Below, piece after piece: positions 39,672 to 48,463 of a stretch of DNA of 64,000 nt. Below the pieces are notes generated by a model. It had not been told where the DNA came from and ran no database searches. It saw nothing but the letters and a program-made list of their open reading frames with translations. Position 1 is the stretch's first letter; the number at the start of each line of letters is the position of its first letter. The stretch lies in contig CAWELD010000003.1 of the NCBI GenBank assembly GCA_963809895.1, positions 384,001-448,000 on the forward strand, given 5' to 3'. Origin of the DNA: an uncultured Gemmatimonadales bacterium. GTDB lineage: Bacteria; Gemmatimonadota; Gemmatimonadetes; Longimicrobiales; Gaopeijiaceae. Both the position numbers and the translations under genes were made by a program.

Positions 39672-42359
39672 TCACTCCGCCCGGAGAGAGATGGCGGGGT
39701 CCACTCTTCCGGCCATCCGGGCCGGAACCCAGCTCGCCAGGCCACCTACCGCCAGCATGAGGCCCGAAGCCCACGCCCACACCGATGGCTCGGTGGGGGT
39801 CGTCCCGAAGAGGAACGCCTCCAGCAGCCCCGATCCGGCGGCAGCGAGCCCCAGCCCCAGCGCCACGCCCAGGGCGGCGACCGTGGACCCCCGTACGACC
39901 ACGCGCCGGACCAGGCGGTCGGCGTCGGCGCCCAGGGCCATGCGGATGCCGAGCTCCCTCCTCCGGCTCTGCACCGCGTGGGCCAGGGTGGAATAGAGGC
40001 CCACCGACGAGAGGAGCAGGGCCATGGCCGCGAAGGACGCCAGGAGGGTGGCGAAGAAGGTAGGCTCTACGAATTGCTCGGCCATGACGGACTCCACGCT
40101 CCGGTAGGATCGGAGCTCCACGCGGTCGTCGAAGTCCGCGAGGATCGCCAGGAGTCCCTCGCGCACGGACCGTCCGGGCTCGGCTCTGAGGACCAGGTCC
40201 AGGGGCCCCAGGGGCACCTGTGTGTAGGGCATCCAAAGGTGCTCCTCCGGGTCTGACCCGGGGCCCCGGTATCGGGGTGAGCCGGCGATCCCCACCACTG
40301 TCCGTGGGGTGAACGTTCCATCGCCACCCACCACGATCTCGGCGCCCAGCGCACCCCCCCCGGGCCAGTACTTTCGGGCCAGGGATCGGCTGATCACCAC
40401 CACGGGCCGCGTTTCCGCCCGGTCCGACGACTCGATGTCCCGGCCCTGCAGGATGGGCACGCCCATGCTCGCGAGATGGCCTCCACCCACACGGTGGAAC
40501 TCGATTCGCGCGCGAATCAGCTCGTCTTGACCGAGTTCCATTCCGACGGGATCGATGTAGCCCACCCGCCCCCCCGGGGTGTATGGACTTCCCGAGGAGA
40601 GGGACGCGGAACGGACGCCGGGGATGGCCCTCGCCCGTCGTTGTAGCTCGTCCAGGAGGCCGGGATTGAAATCGTCGCCTCCGAGGCCACGCATGCGGAA
40701 GGTGGCCACCTCGAGCCCCGCCGGATCGAAGCCCGGATCCACCTGGTGAAGGCGCACCAGGCTCCGCATGAGGAGTCCGGCCCCCACGGCCAGGGCCAGA
40801 CCCATGGCCACCTGCGCCAGGACCAACCCCTCCCGGGTCAGGGCCGCCCGCTTCGAGGTGGCTCGGCCCGGGCCGGCGCGCAGCGGCGCCGACCGCCCGG
40901 ACGCCACTACCCACGCCCCGGGCAGGACGCCGACCACCAGGCCCACCACCAACGACACGGCAAGGGCCACGAGAGCCACGCGTGCATCCAGCCCCACCTC
41001 CACGAGCCGGGGCAGGTCCACGGGACCGCTGCGACGTACGGCGCCCACTCCGACCCAAGCGGCGAGCGTGCCCAGGCCGCCGGCCCCGAGCGCGAGAATC
41101 ACCGTCTCCGTGGTCACCTCGCCGACCACCCGGAGGCGGCTGGCTCCCAGGCTCAGGCGGACACGGAGGCTCTCGGCTCGATCGAGGGTCCGCAGGAGGA
41201 CCAGGTTGGCGACGTTCAGGCAGGCGATGGCCAGCAGGAGTCCCACGGCCCCCAGGAGGAGCTTCAGCGTCCTGGACGCCTCGCCCAGGGTCTCGTCCCG
41301 GAGGGGGCGAGTCGTGAATCCCGTGAAGACCCGGGGCGACAGACCGTTGACCTCGGCGATACCGCGGCCGAGGGCGCTGAGCTCGTCGGACACCTGGGTT
41401 CTGGAATAGCCGCTGGCCACGCGGCCGATCATGTCCAGCCCGGAGAGGTCACGCTCCTGAAGGGGCAACTCGGCTCGGGCGAGGGGAGCCCACAGCTCCG
41501 TGCCGCCCATGTGCATGCCCTCGGGAGGGTGGAAGTCCGCGGGCATGACGCCCACCACGGTGGCGGTGCGGCCGTCCAGCTTCAGCGATCTGCCCAGGAT
41601 CGAGGCTCCACCCAGACGAGACTGCCACAGCCCGTGGCTCACGACTACCACCAGGGGCGCTCCGAGACGGTCGTCCGAGGGTGCCAGGGTCCGTCCAAGA
41701 AGGGCCGTGCGGCCCAGGGTGGTGAAGAAGGTACCGGACACCCAGCCACCCCGGACCAGCTCGGGTGCGGTCCCGGGGAGGCCCACCGCCATGGAGCCGG
41801 GAACGCTTGCCGCCACTGACGACAAGGTGGTGGATTCAGCCTCCAGGTCCCGGAAGTTGGGACCGGAGGTGGCACCGAGTCCGGGCCGACCTTCCCGGGT
41901 GGAGCCCAGCCGCAGAAGCTCGTCCGGCCTCTGGTAGGGGAGAGGCCTCAGCGCCACCGAATCCACCACCGTGAAAACGCCCACCGCCGACCCCAGGGCC
42001 GCCGCCAACACCAGGACCACCACCGCCGACCACCCCGGGCTCCGGGCCACCGCCCGCATACCGTGCCGGATCACGTTCGCTACACCCATCCCCCTTCTCC
42101 CTGTCGTCGTGAGCTCGCGGGTGCCACGGACCGAGTGGAAGCGCAAACGGAGGCCCGCACCGGCCAGGTTGGCCGCCTCGCACCAGGTATCCCACCAAGC
42201 CGGTCCCCGAACACTTCCACGCGCCTTGCGCCGCTCCTCCACCAGGGCCTCCAGCGAGGTCCCGGCTTCTTCCCGATCGCGCCGGGGCCAGGTCAGCAGT
42301 GCAGCCCGGAGCAGCCAACGCTCCCAGGGGCGATGGCGCCGACCCCGAGGCCCTTTCAT
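39672..42359 (-). CDS. ADOP-family duplicated MacB/FtsX permease
   Basis: ALRPLPY..PDEL, VVGVMP, LLAIACLNVANL, VDPGFD, RRELGIRMALGA, VDPAISLRAE; ATGA overlap with PadR. Confidence 0.9.
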   Translation of the reverse strand: MKGPRGRRHRPWERWLLRAALLTWPRRDREEAGTSLEALVEERRKARGSVRGPAWWDTWCEAANLAGAGLRLRFHSVRGTRELTTTGRRGMGVANVIRHGMRAVARSPGWSAVVVLVLAAALGSAVGVFTVVDSVALRPLPYQRPDELLRLGSTREGRPGLGATSGPNFRDLEAESTTLSSVAASVPGSMAVGLPGTAPELVRGGWVSGTFFTTLGRTALLGRTLAPSDDRLGAPLVVVVSHGLWQSRLGGASILGRSLKLDGRTATVVGVMPADFHPPEGMHMGGTELWAPLARAELPLQERDLSGLDMIGRVASGYSRTQVSDELSALGRGIAEVNGLSPRVFTGFTTRPLRDETLGEASRTLKLLLGAVGLLLAIACLNVANLVLLRTLDRAESLRVRLSLGASRLRVVGEVTTETVILALGAGGLGTLAAWVGVGAVRRSGPVDLPRLVEVGLDARVALVALAVSLVVGLVVGVLPGAWVVASGRSAPLRAGPGRATSKRAALTREGLVLAQVAMGLALAVGAGLLMRSLVRLHQVDPGFDPAGLEVATFRMRGLGGDDFNPGLLDELQRRARAIPGVRSASLSSGSPYTPGGRVGYIDPVGMELGQDELIRARIEFHRVGGGHLASMGVPILQGRDIESSDRAETRPVVVISRSLARKYWPGGGALGAEIVVGGDGTFTPRTVVGIAGSPRYRGPGSDPEEHLWMPYTQVPLGPLDLVLRAEPGRSVREGLLAILADFDDRVELRSYRSVESVMAEQFVEPTFFATLLASFAAMALLLSSVGLYSTLAHAVQSRRRELGIRMALGADADRLVRRVVVRGSTVAALGVALGLGLAAAGSGLLEAFLFGTTPTEPSVWAWASGLMLAVGGLASWVPARMAGRVDPAISLRAE

Positions 42360-42718
42360 GGCCGGCCGGGCTCCAGGAGAGCACGTTTCTCGCCGAGGCG
42401 CACGAGCTCCCTGAGGCGGCTGAGCTCCTGTGACACCACCTCCCGGCCCAGGGGAGTGATGCACACGTATTTTCGGCGGGCGTCTCCTCCCTTCTCGGCC
42501 TCCGGCGGGTCTGACGGCTCCACCAGTCCGTTGGACCGTAGACGGCGGATGGCGAGGTAGAGCGTGCCCGATCGTAGGTCCGAGGGCACGCCGGCGCGGG
42601 CCTCGATGTCCTGGATGATGCCGTAGCCGTGGAGGGGGCCCGTGCCCAGCGCCAGGAGGATCTGGAGCTCCAGCTCGGTGGGGGGGGTGAGGTCGGGGGA
42701 GTCCGGGGCCCTGGCCAT
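42356..42718 (-). CDS. PadR-family transcriptional regulator
   Basis: ILLAL...LHGYGIIQDI, GTLYLAIRRL...GLVE, RRKY..ITPLG. Confidence 0.9.
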   Translation of the reverse strand: MARAPDSPDLTPPTELELQILLALGTGPLHGYGIIQDIEARAGVPSDLRSGTLYLAIRRLRSNGLVEPSDPPEAEKGGDARRKYVCITPLGREVVSQELSRLRELVRLGEKRALLEPGRP

Positions 42719-42743
42719 GGCGTTCCGTTTCGCGTGGGTGTTT

Positions 42744-42766
42744 TCTATAGCTATGACAACTATAGA
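42744..42766. promoter_or_regulatory. Palindromic operator upstream of padR
   Basis: TCTATAG-N9-CTATAGA in AT-rich DNA. Confidence 0.6.
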
Positions 42767-42866
42767 TACGTCACCCTTATCGGACACGGCAAGGGGGACG
42801 AGGGTTGCCGGCTAGCCACACCGACCCGACGCGGCGTGTCCGGATCCTGGCTCGCCGAGACGGGCC

Positions 42867-43223
42867 TCAGCTCACCAGCCTCCACAGATCGGCCAGATCG
42901 AAGGGCTTGCCGAGAACGCCCCGGATGCGTTCGGGGGGAATGGTGTGGGGTGGCAGATCCAGCCCGAAGCCCGACATGAGGATCACGTCCAGGTCGTGCT
43001 TCTCGCTCACGGCGTGGGCCGCGAGCTCGAGCCCGCACTCCTCGCCCAGATGGCGGTCGGTGAGGAGGACGATGGGCCCGGCGAGCGCGTCCAGCGCCGC
43101 CAACGCGGCCTCCTTGGAGCCCACGGCGACGCAGGGGACGGCGAAGCGGCGCAACACCAGCGTCAGCGTCTGTCTGAGCACCGGATCGTCCTCGACGAGG
43201 AGGACCGTCGACCGTGAAGACAT
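42867..43223 (-). CDS. Single-domain response regulator (receiver)
   Basis: LLVEDD, LLTD, MSG, KPF. Confidence 0.85.
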   Translation of the reverse strand: MSSRSTVLLVEDDPVLRQTLTLVLRRFAVPCVAVGSKEAALAALDALAGPIVLLTDRHLGEECGLELAAHAVSEKHDLDVILMSGFGLDLPPHTIPPERIRGVLGKPFDLADLWRLVS

Positions 43224-43431
43224 GACCGGCGCCTTTCTGGGTGCGGGGAGGGCAGGACCGCCCCGAATCATATCTCGCGGGGGCTGCGGTCGCTTGATTC
43301 GGAAGAATTCTTGACGAAGGGAGCGCGGACCCCGGTCGGCAGAAATCCGCGGAGCCGAACGTCGGAGAGTGAGCGGTCGCGCCTCGGGGCGTCTGTGCGT
43401 ACCGGGGCATCATCCAATCCCACACCCGACC

Positions 43432-44718
43432 ATGCGCCTCCACCGTCTCGCGCTTGCTATGCGTCCGCCCCTGGCCCGATCCGTGGGCTGGCTCATGGCT
43501 CTCGCACTCCTGGCGCCCCTGGCCTGTTCCGACGCTCCGTCCGCCCCGGAGATCCCGCCGGGCGAGCTGGTCTTCACCGTCCAGCCGACGGACGCGCCCG
43601 CCGGTACCTCATTCGAGAGGTCTCCGGCCGTGCAACTCCAGGACCCGAACGGAGCGCCTCTTCTGCTGGAGGGCGACGTGACGCTGCGATTGGAGGGAGG
43701 ACCGGAGGGGGCGAGCCTCGGCGGAAAGACCGTCGCCACGGGCCGGCCGGTGACGGCGACCTTCACGGGGGCCTCGGTGAGCACGCCCGGCAACTACTGG
43801 CTCGAGGCGGAGTGGAAGGGCAAGACGGCCCGGAGCCGCGACTTCGAGGTGGTGACGGCGCCGGACCTGATCCGCATCCACAACGGCGGCACCGAGGCGC
43901 GGGGGATCGTCATCGACGGCGCCACGTCGCAGGAGTTCATCAACGACGACACGCTCCTGACCACCGATACGATCATCGAGCTGGTCCGGCGCTCGCCCGG
44001 ACTCAACGGCGAGGTGGTGGTCTTCGACCGCCAGCGTGCGGTGACCGCCGCGCCGACACCGTGGACGCCCGGCGTGGACACCTTCGACATCACGCTTCGG
44101 GATCCCCCGACGATTCCCATCACGATCTGGATGCTGAGCTCCCGACCGCAGCGGGTGCAGACCGCGGTGGATGCCTGGCTCGAGATGTGGGGTACGGAGG
44201 GCATGGGACTGGAGGTCGACCTGGAAATGGTGGACCTGTCCGACATTCCCGGGGCACCGCAGGTGGATGGCCTCGGGTTCTGCCGGACCGGCTCGGACAC
44301 GCGCAAGGAGTGGGGATACCGGCCCGACCGCATCAACGTGTACTACGTGGAGTTCGAGGGCACCGGGGGGGTGGCCTGTGGCGAGCATCTGGGTGTCGTC
44401 ATGATCATCAACCGGCTCGCGGACGTGGGGAACCTGCTCACCCACGAGATCGGTCACTCCTTCGGACTCCCGCACTGGTTCGAGCTCGGCCTCACCGGAT
44501 TCGCCGACACGGGCAATGCCATGGGGGGCGGCGAGCAGTACCTTACCGAAGGGCAGATCTTCTACTCGCACTTCTCGAAGACATCGGCGCTGGTGACCGT
44601 GTACGGCCTCGACGAGGGCGCCCGCGACTGCTCGCCTCCGAGAGACGAAGAGGACGACCGGCCCTGGTGCCTGCCCCACGCCTTCCGGTTCTGGCCGGAC
44701 AGATCGCCAGCGGGATAG
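43432..44718 (+). CDS. Lipoprotein with a metzincin-type zinc protease domain
   Basis: Lipobox PLAC; Ig-like LVFTVQP domain; HEIGHSFGLPH and a downstream NAM Met-turn. Confidence 0.75.
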   Translation: MRLHRLALAMRPPLARSVGWLMALALLAPLACSDAPSAPEIPPGELVFTVQPTDAPAGTSFERSPAVQLQDPNGAPLLLEGDVTLRLEGGPEGASLGGKTVATGRPVTATFTGASVSTPGNYWLEAEWKGKTARSRDFEVVTAPDLIRIHNGGTEARGIVIDGATSQEFINDDTLLTTDTIIELVRRSPGLNGEVVVFDRQRAVTAAPTPWTPGVDTFDITLRDPPTIPITIWMLSSRPQRVQTAVDAWLEMWGTEGMGLEVDLEMVDLSDIPGAPQVDGLGFCRTGSDTRKEWGYRPDRINVYYVEFEGTGGVACGEHLGVVMIINRLADVGNLLTHEIGHSFGLPHWFELGLTGFADTGNAMGGGEQYLTEGQIFYSHFSKTSALVTVYGLDEGARDCSPPRDEEDDRPWCLPHAFRFWPDRSPAG

Positions 44719-44952
44719 GTGCCGACCGCCCCGCGCGGCGGCGACCCGGCGACCTGACCTGAGGAGGACTTCCCCACGTCGACTGCGGGGGTTCTCCCTA
44801 CGGCGCGATCGCGCCTGGTCACCCCATATATCAATCGGCCACCCTCAGGTGGTGGTTTCGACGCTCGTTCGCCAGACTCGCCCATCGGGGGCGCATTCAT
44901 AGAGATCCCATCCAGGGACTCCCCCCGGTGCGCGTATGATCCGGAGGCGGAC

Positions 44953-45672
44953 ATGAGCGCCATCGCTTCACCCACCGCACGCTCCTCCACCCTGAATCCG
45001 GACGCCCTCTCCCGGGTCGGTCTGCGGCCGGTCGGCCGTGTCGCTCTGTCGTGGTGCATGGCCGGTGGGGTGGTTGCCGGTGGACTCCTCGTCGTGAGCA
45101 TCACGCTCGCCGGACGGTTGAGCGCCGGCGGGATCTCGGTGGTCGCGGCCACACTCTTCGTCATGGGCGCCGCCGCGGGCCTGGTGCACGGAGGCTTGCT
45201 GGGCTATCTGGCCCGAGACCCGGGCGTGCCGCGCAAGGACGCCTTCAGGCAACTGGGGCTCGCCGCGCTCTGGCTGATACCGGCCCTGGCGCTCTCCGGC
45301 CTGGCCGCCATGTGGATGTCGTTGACCGCGGCCGCGCTGTCGGGATCGCTTCCCGCAACGGCGACGGCCGGGGTGGCCTTCGGATGGATGCTGGGCCTGG
45401 CCTTGTGCGCATGGGCGGTCGCCGAAGGGTGGATGGCGCTGAGCCGGGCATTCCGGCGTTGGCCCGACTATCGGTGGGGCGCGTTGATCCTCAGCGGCGT
45501 CTTCGGCGTGCTGGTCGCGATCTTCCACACGGTTCGCCCGGAGATCTGGTTCACGGACCTCCGCGTCACCGGGTTCGGCGCCATCTTCCTGGCGCTGGTG
45601 GCCACGGTGTGGATCGGCCTTCCGGTGGCCATCGTCCTGCTCCGCGTCTGGCACCGGTTGGTGGCGGCATGA
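44953..45672 (+). CDS. Hypothetical multi-pass membrane protein
   Basis: GGAGG RBS; about six hydrophobic helices. Confidence 0.7.
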   Translation: MSAIASPTARSSTLNPDALSRVGLRPVGRVALSWCMAGGVVAGGLLVVSITLAGRLSAGGISVVAATLFVMGAAAGLVHGGLLGYLARDPGVPRKDAFRQLGLAALWLIPALALSGLAAMWMSLTAAALSGSLPATATAGVAFGWMLGLALCAWAVAEGWMALSRAFRRWPDYRWGALILSGVFGVLVAIFHTVRPEIWFTDLRVTGFGAIFLALVATVWIGLPVAIVLLRVWHRLVAA

Positions 45673-45806
45673 GCCTTCCACCCGCACCGAGCCACTGATA
45701 CCTTTACAGGCTGACATTCCAGTCCCGCTCCGCCCGGCGCTCGGCACCGCAAGCCGACCGCGTTCAGAGGCGGGGCCCGTACACCCCGAACGGACCGAGG
45801 GAAACC

Positions 45807-46427
45807 ATGCGGCTCTACGAGGTCGTCTACATCTTCGACGCGTCCATGGACGAGGACGCCGTCAACGCCAAGCTGGACCGGTATCACGGTCTCATCACCG
45901 AAGCCGGCGGTGAGATCACTGCCGTCGACCACTGGGGCGCCCGCCAGCTTGCCTACCCCATCGGCAAGGCCAAGTCCGGGTACTATGTGGTGGCCCAGTT
46001 CGACGCGCCGGCCGACGCCCTGCCCGAATTCGAGCGCATCGTCAAGCTCGACGACGAGGTGCTGCGCTATCTGGTGGTCCTGAACGAAGGCGAGCCTTCC
46101 AACGGCATGTCCATCATGGCCGAGGCGGCCCCTTCGGCGTCCACGGACGACGACGAGGACGACGAAGAAGAGGACGAGGACGACGACGACAGCCCGCCGG
46201 AGTTCCAGGGCGGCCGCGGCCGACGGCGGCGTCACGAGGGGCCCGCCATCACCCTGCTGAACTACAAGGACGTCTCGACGCTGTCACGCTTCCTGACGGA
46301 GCAGGGAAAGATCCTGCCCAAGCGCACCACCAAGGTGGACGCCCGCTTCCAGAGGCAACTCGGGCGCGCGGTGAAGCGGGCCCGCTACCTGGCCCTGATC
46401 CCGTACATGCGGGACCACGAGGCCTGA
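45807..46427 (+). CDS. rpsF-rpsR: Fused 30S ribosomal proteins S6 and S18
   Basis: aa 1-93 match S6 (YEVVYI, WGARQLAYPI, GYYVV, VLRYLVV); acidic linker; S18 follows (NYKDVSTLSRFLTEQGKILPKRTT, QRQLGRAVKRARYLALIPY) with no stop between. Confidence 0.92.
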   Translation: MRLYEVVYIFDASMDEDAVNAKLDRYHGLITEAGGEITAVDHWGARQLAYPIGKAKSGYYVVAQFDAPADALPEFERIVKLDDEVLRYLVVLNEGEPSNGMSIMAEAAPSASTDDDEDDEEEDEDDDDSPPEFQGGRGRRRRHEGPAITLLNYKDVSTLSRFLTEQGKILPKRTTKVDARFQRQLGRAVKRARYLALIPYMRDHEA

Positions 46428-46431
46428 TTCG

Positions 46432-47391
46432 GTGCAGGAAGCCAGCCGTCCGGGCGACGAGCCGTTGCCGGAGGGGGATCCCCGGGAGTGGCGCCGTCCT
46501 GCGGCGCTGTTCCTGCTCCTGCTGGCGTTTTCCGCCGTGCGGCCGTCGGTCCTCGTGGGCCTGCCGTTCGCCCTGATGGTCCTGGCCCTGCCGATCCGAC
46601 GTCCCATGGCGTTGCTGCTGGCCGGAGCCATGGTGTTCTTCTCGCTGCTGGGGCCGGAGCGGACGGGCATCTGGTACGCCGAGCGAGGGTGGGCGGTACT
46701 CCTGGGCGGGTGGTTCGCCGCCCTGACCCTGCGCTGGCCCGCCACCCGGTTCCTCACGCGAGCGCTCATGGCGGTGGCCGGTGCGGCCGGCGTGGCGCTG
46801 GCGTTCGGGTTCGCGGCCCCGGGCTCGCTCTCGGTGCTGGACTGGGGGATGGCGGAGCGTCTCCGCGAAGGCGTCACCACGGCCCTGGCCGCCGTTCGCG
46901 TGCTCCAGGGCGGGGCGGAGACACTCTCGCCCGCGCTGGTGACCACGGTCTACCAGGCGGCCGAGACGCAGGCGCACCTGTTCCCGGCGCTGCTGGCGCT
47001 GGGTTCGGTGGCCAGTCTGGGGGTGGCGTGGTGGCTCTACGTGCGGGTGGGTCTGGGCGTGCGCGGCGCGCTCGCTCCGTTGAAGGACTTCCGTTTCAAC
47101 GACCAGCTCGTCTGGTTGTTCATCGCCGGCCTCTTGGTTCTGGTGATCTCGCCGGGCGAGGGATGGATGCGGGCCGGGGCGAACGCGGTCGTCTTCATGG
47201 GCGCCATGTACGCGCTGCGCGGCGCCGCGGTGGTGTTGTTCATCAATGGGGGTATCTCGGTCCTGGGCGTCATCGCCGTCGCCTTGGGCCTGCTGTTCGT
47301 GGCTCCGATCATCCTGGCGGGAGCGCTGGTGATCGGACTGGGTGACACATGGTTGGACCTCCGGGCGAGAGCCGGATCCCGGACGGCGTGA
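46432..47391 (+). CDS. DUF2232/YybS-family membrane protein
   Basis: Multi-TM; FRFNDQLVW, IGLGDTWLDLR; usual position between rpsR and rplI. Confidence 0.85.
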   Translation: MQEASRPGDEPLPEGDPREWRRPAALFLLLLAFSAVRPSVLVGLPFALMVLALPIRRPMALLLAGAMVFFSLLGPERTGIWYAERGWAVLLGGWFAALTLRWPATRFLTRALMAVAGAAGVALAFGFAAPGSLSVLDWGMAERLREGVTTALAAVRVLQGGAETLSPALVTTVYQAAETQAHLFPALLALGSVASLGVAWWLYVRVGLGVRGALAPLKDFRFNDQLVWLFIAGLLVLVISPGEGWMRAGANAVVFMGAMYALRGAAVVLFINGGISVLGVIAVALGLLFVAPIILAGALVIGLGDTWLDLRARAGSRTA

Positions 47392-47414
47392 TCAATGGAC
47401 GAAGGAGACATCCG

Positions 47415-47879
47415 ATGAAAGTGATCCTGAAGGAAGACATGCCGAACCTGGGCGAGTCCGGCACCATCGTCGACGTGAAGCCCGGATACGCTCGCAACTA
47501 CCTGCTTCCCCGGGGCTTCGCCTACGAGGCGAGCGAGACGAACCTGCGCCGCATCGAAGAGGAGCGGCAGCGGGCCGAGGAACAGGCGAAGCGCGACTAC
47601 CTGGAGGCCCGGCGGCGCGCGTCCCAGCTCGAGGGCCAGTCGCTGGTCTTCGAGGCGCGGGCCGGTGAAGGCGAAGACGGAAAGCTGTTCGGCTCCGTCA
47701 CCAACGCCGATATCGCCGACCGCCTGAACCGCGACGGAGGGCTCGACTTCGAGTTGGACCGTCGTCTCGTTCAGCTCGAGGAGCCCATCAAGGCGCTGGG
47801 CGCATACGTCGTTCCCATTCGCCTCCACGCCGACGCGGTGGTGGAGGTGGACATTCGAGTGGAGCGCGCCGAAGACTGA
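47415..47879 (+). CDS. rplI: 50S ribosomal protein L9
   Basis: MKVIL...LG..G..VDVKPGYARNYLLPRG, KLFGSVT, PIKALG; AAGGAG RBS. Confidence 0.97.
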   Translation: MKVILKEDMPNLGESGTIVDVKPGYARNYLLPRGFAYEASETNLRRIEEERQRAEEQAKRDYLEARRRASQLEGQSLVFEARAGEGEDGKLFGSVTNADIADRLNRDGGLDFELDRRLVQLEEPIKALGAYVVPIRLHADAVVEVDIRVERAED

Positions 47880-47892
47880 GTCGGACCGGGCC

Positions 47893-47928
47893 CGCCCCCG
47901 TTCGCGGTCGAGGCCGTGAGCGGGGGCG
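47893..47928. terminator. Hairpin between rplI and rsfS
   Basis: CGCCCCCGTTCGCGG-TCGAGG-CCGTGAGCGGGGGCG (two GU pairs); no U tract. Confidence 0.4.
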
Positions 47929-47952
47929 CACCCCGATCAGCACGGAGAGGGC

Positions 47953-48357
47953 ATGGAGTCGATCAGGACCGTGACCCCGGCGGAGCTGCCGGAAGAAGTC
48001 CAGCGGGCAGGAGCGCTCGCCCTGGAGCGAAAGGCGCAGGACGTGTTGGCCCTCGATCTGCGGGGGATCAGCAGCGCCACCGACGTGTTCCTGCTCGCCA
48101 GCGGAACGTCGGACATCCAGGTCCGGGCGGTGGCCGAGCACATCGTCGAGGAATTGAAGAAGGACGGCGTCCGACCCGACCACGTCGAAGGGATGGAGGG
48201 AGGACGTTGGGTCCTCATCGACTACATCGACTTCGTGGTCCACGTCTTCCATCCACAGGCCCGGGGCTTCTACCAGCTCGAGACGCTCTGGGGTGACGCA
48301 CCGCAGGTGGGCTTCGAAGACGAGATGGCCGACTCGGCGGAGAACCCCTCCTCGTGA
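47953..48357 (+). CDS. rsfS: Ribosome silencing factor
   Basis: KAQDV..LDLR, WVLIDYIDFVVHVF..R.FY.LE.LWGDA. Confidence 0.95.
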   Translation: MESIRTVTPAELPEEVQRAGALALERKAQDVLALDLRGISSATDVFLLASGTSDIQVRAVAEHIVEELKKDGVRPDHVEGMEGGRWVLIDYIDFVVHVFHPQARGFYQLETLWGDAPQVGFEDEMADSAENPSS

Positions 48358-48463
48358 CCTCGCGGGGGTCGCACACCCCGATTGCCCGGCCTTCCGACGC
48401 CGGGTTACCTTCTCGCCGGTTCAGGGATCACGTCGCTCCCGTCTCCCGGATCCTCCGCCATAC

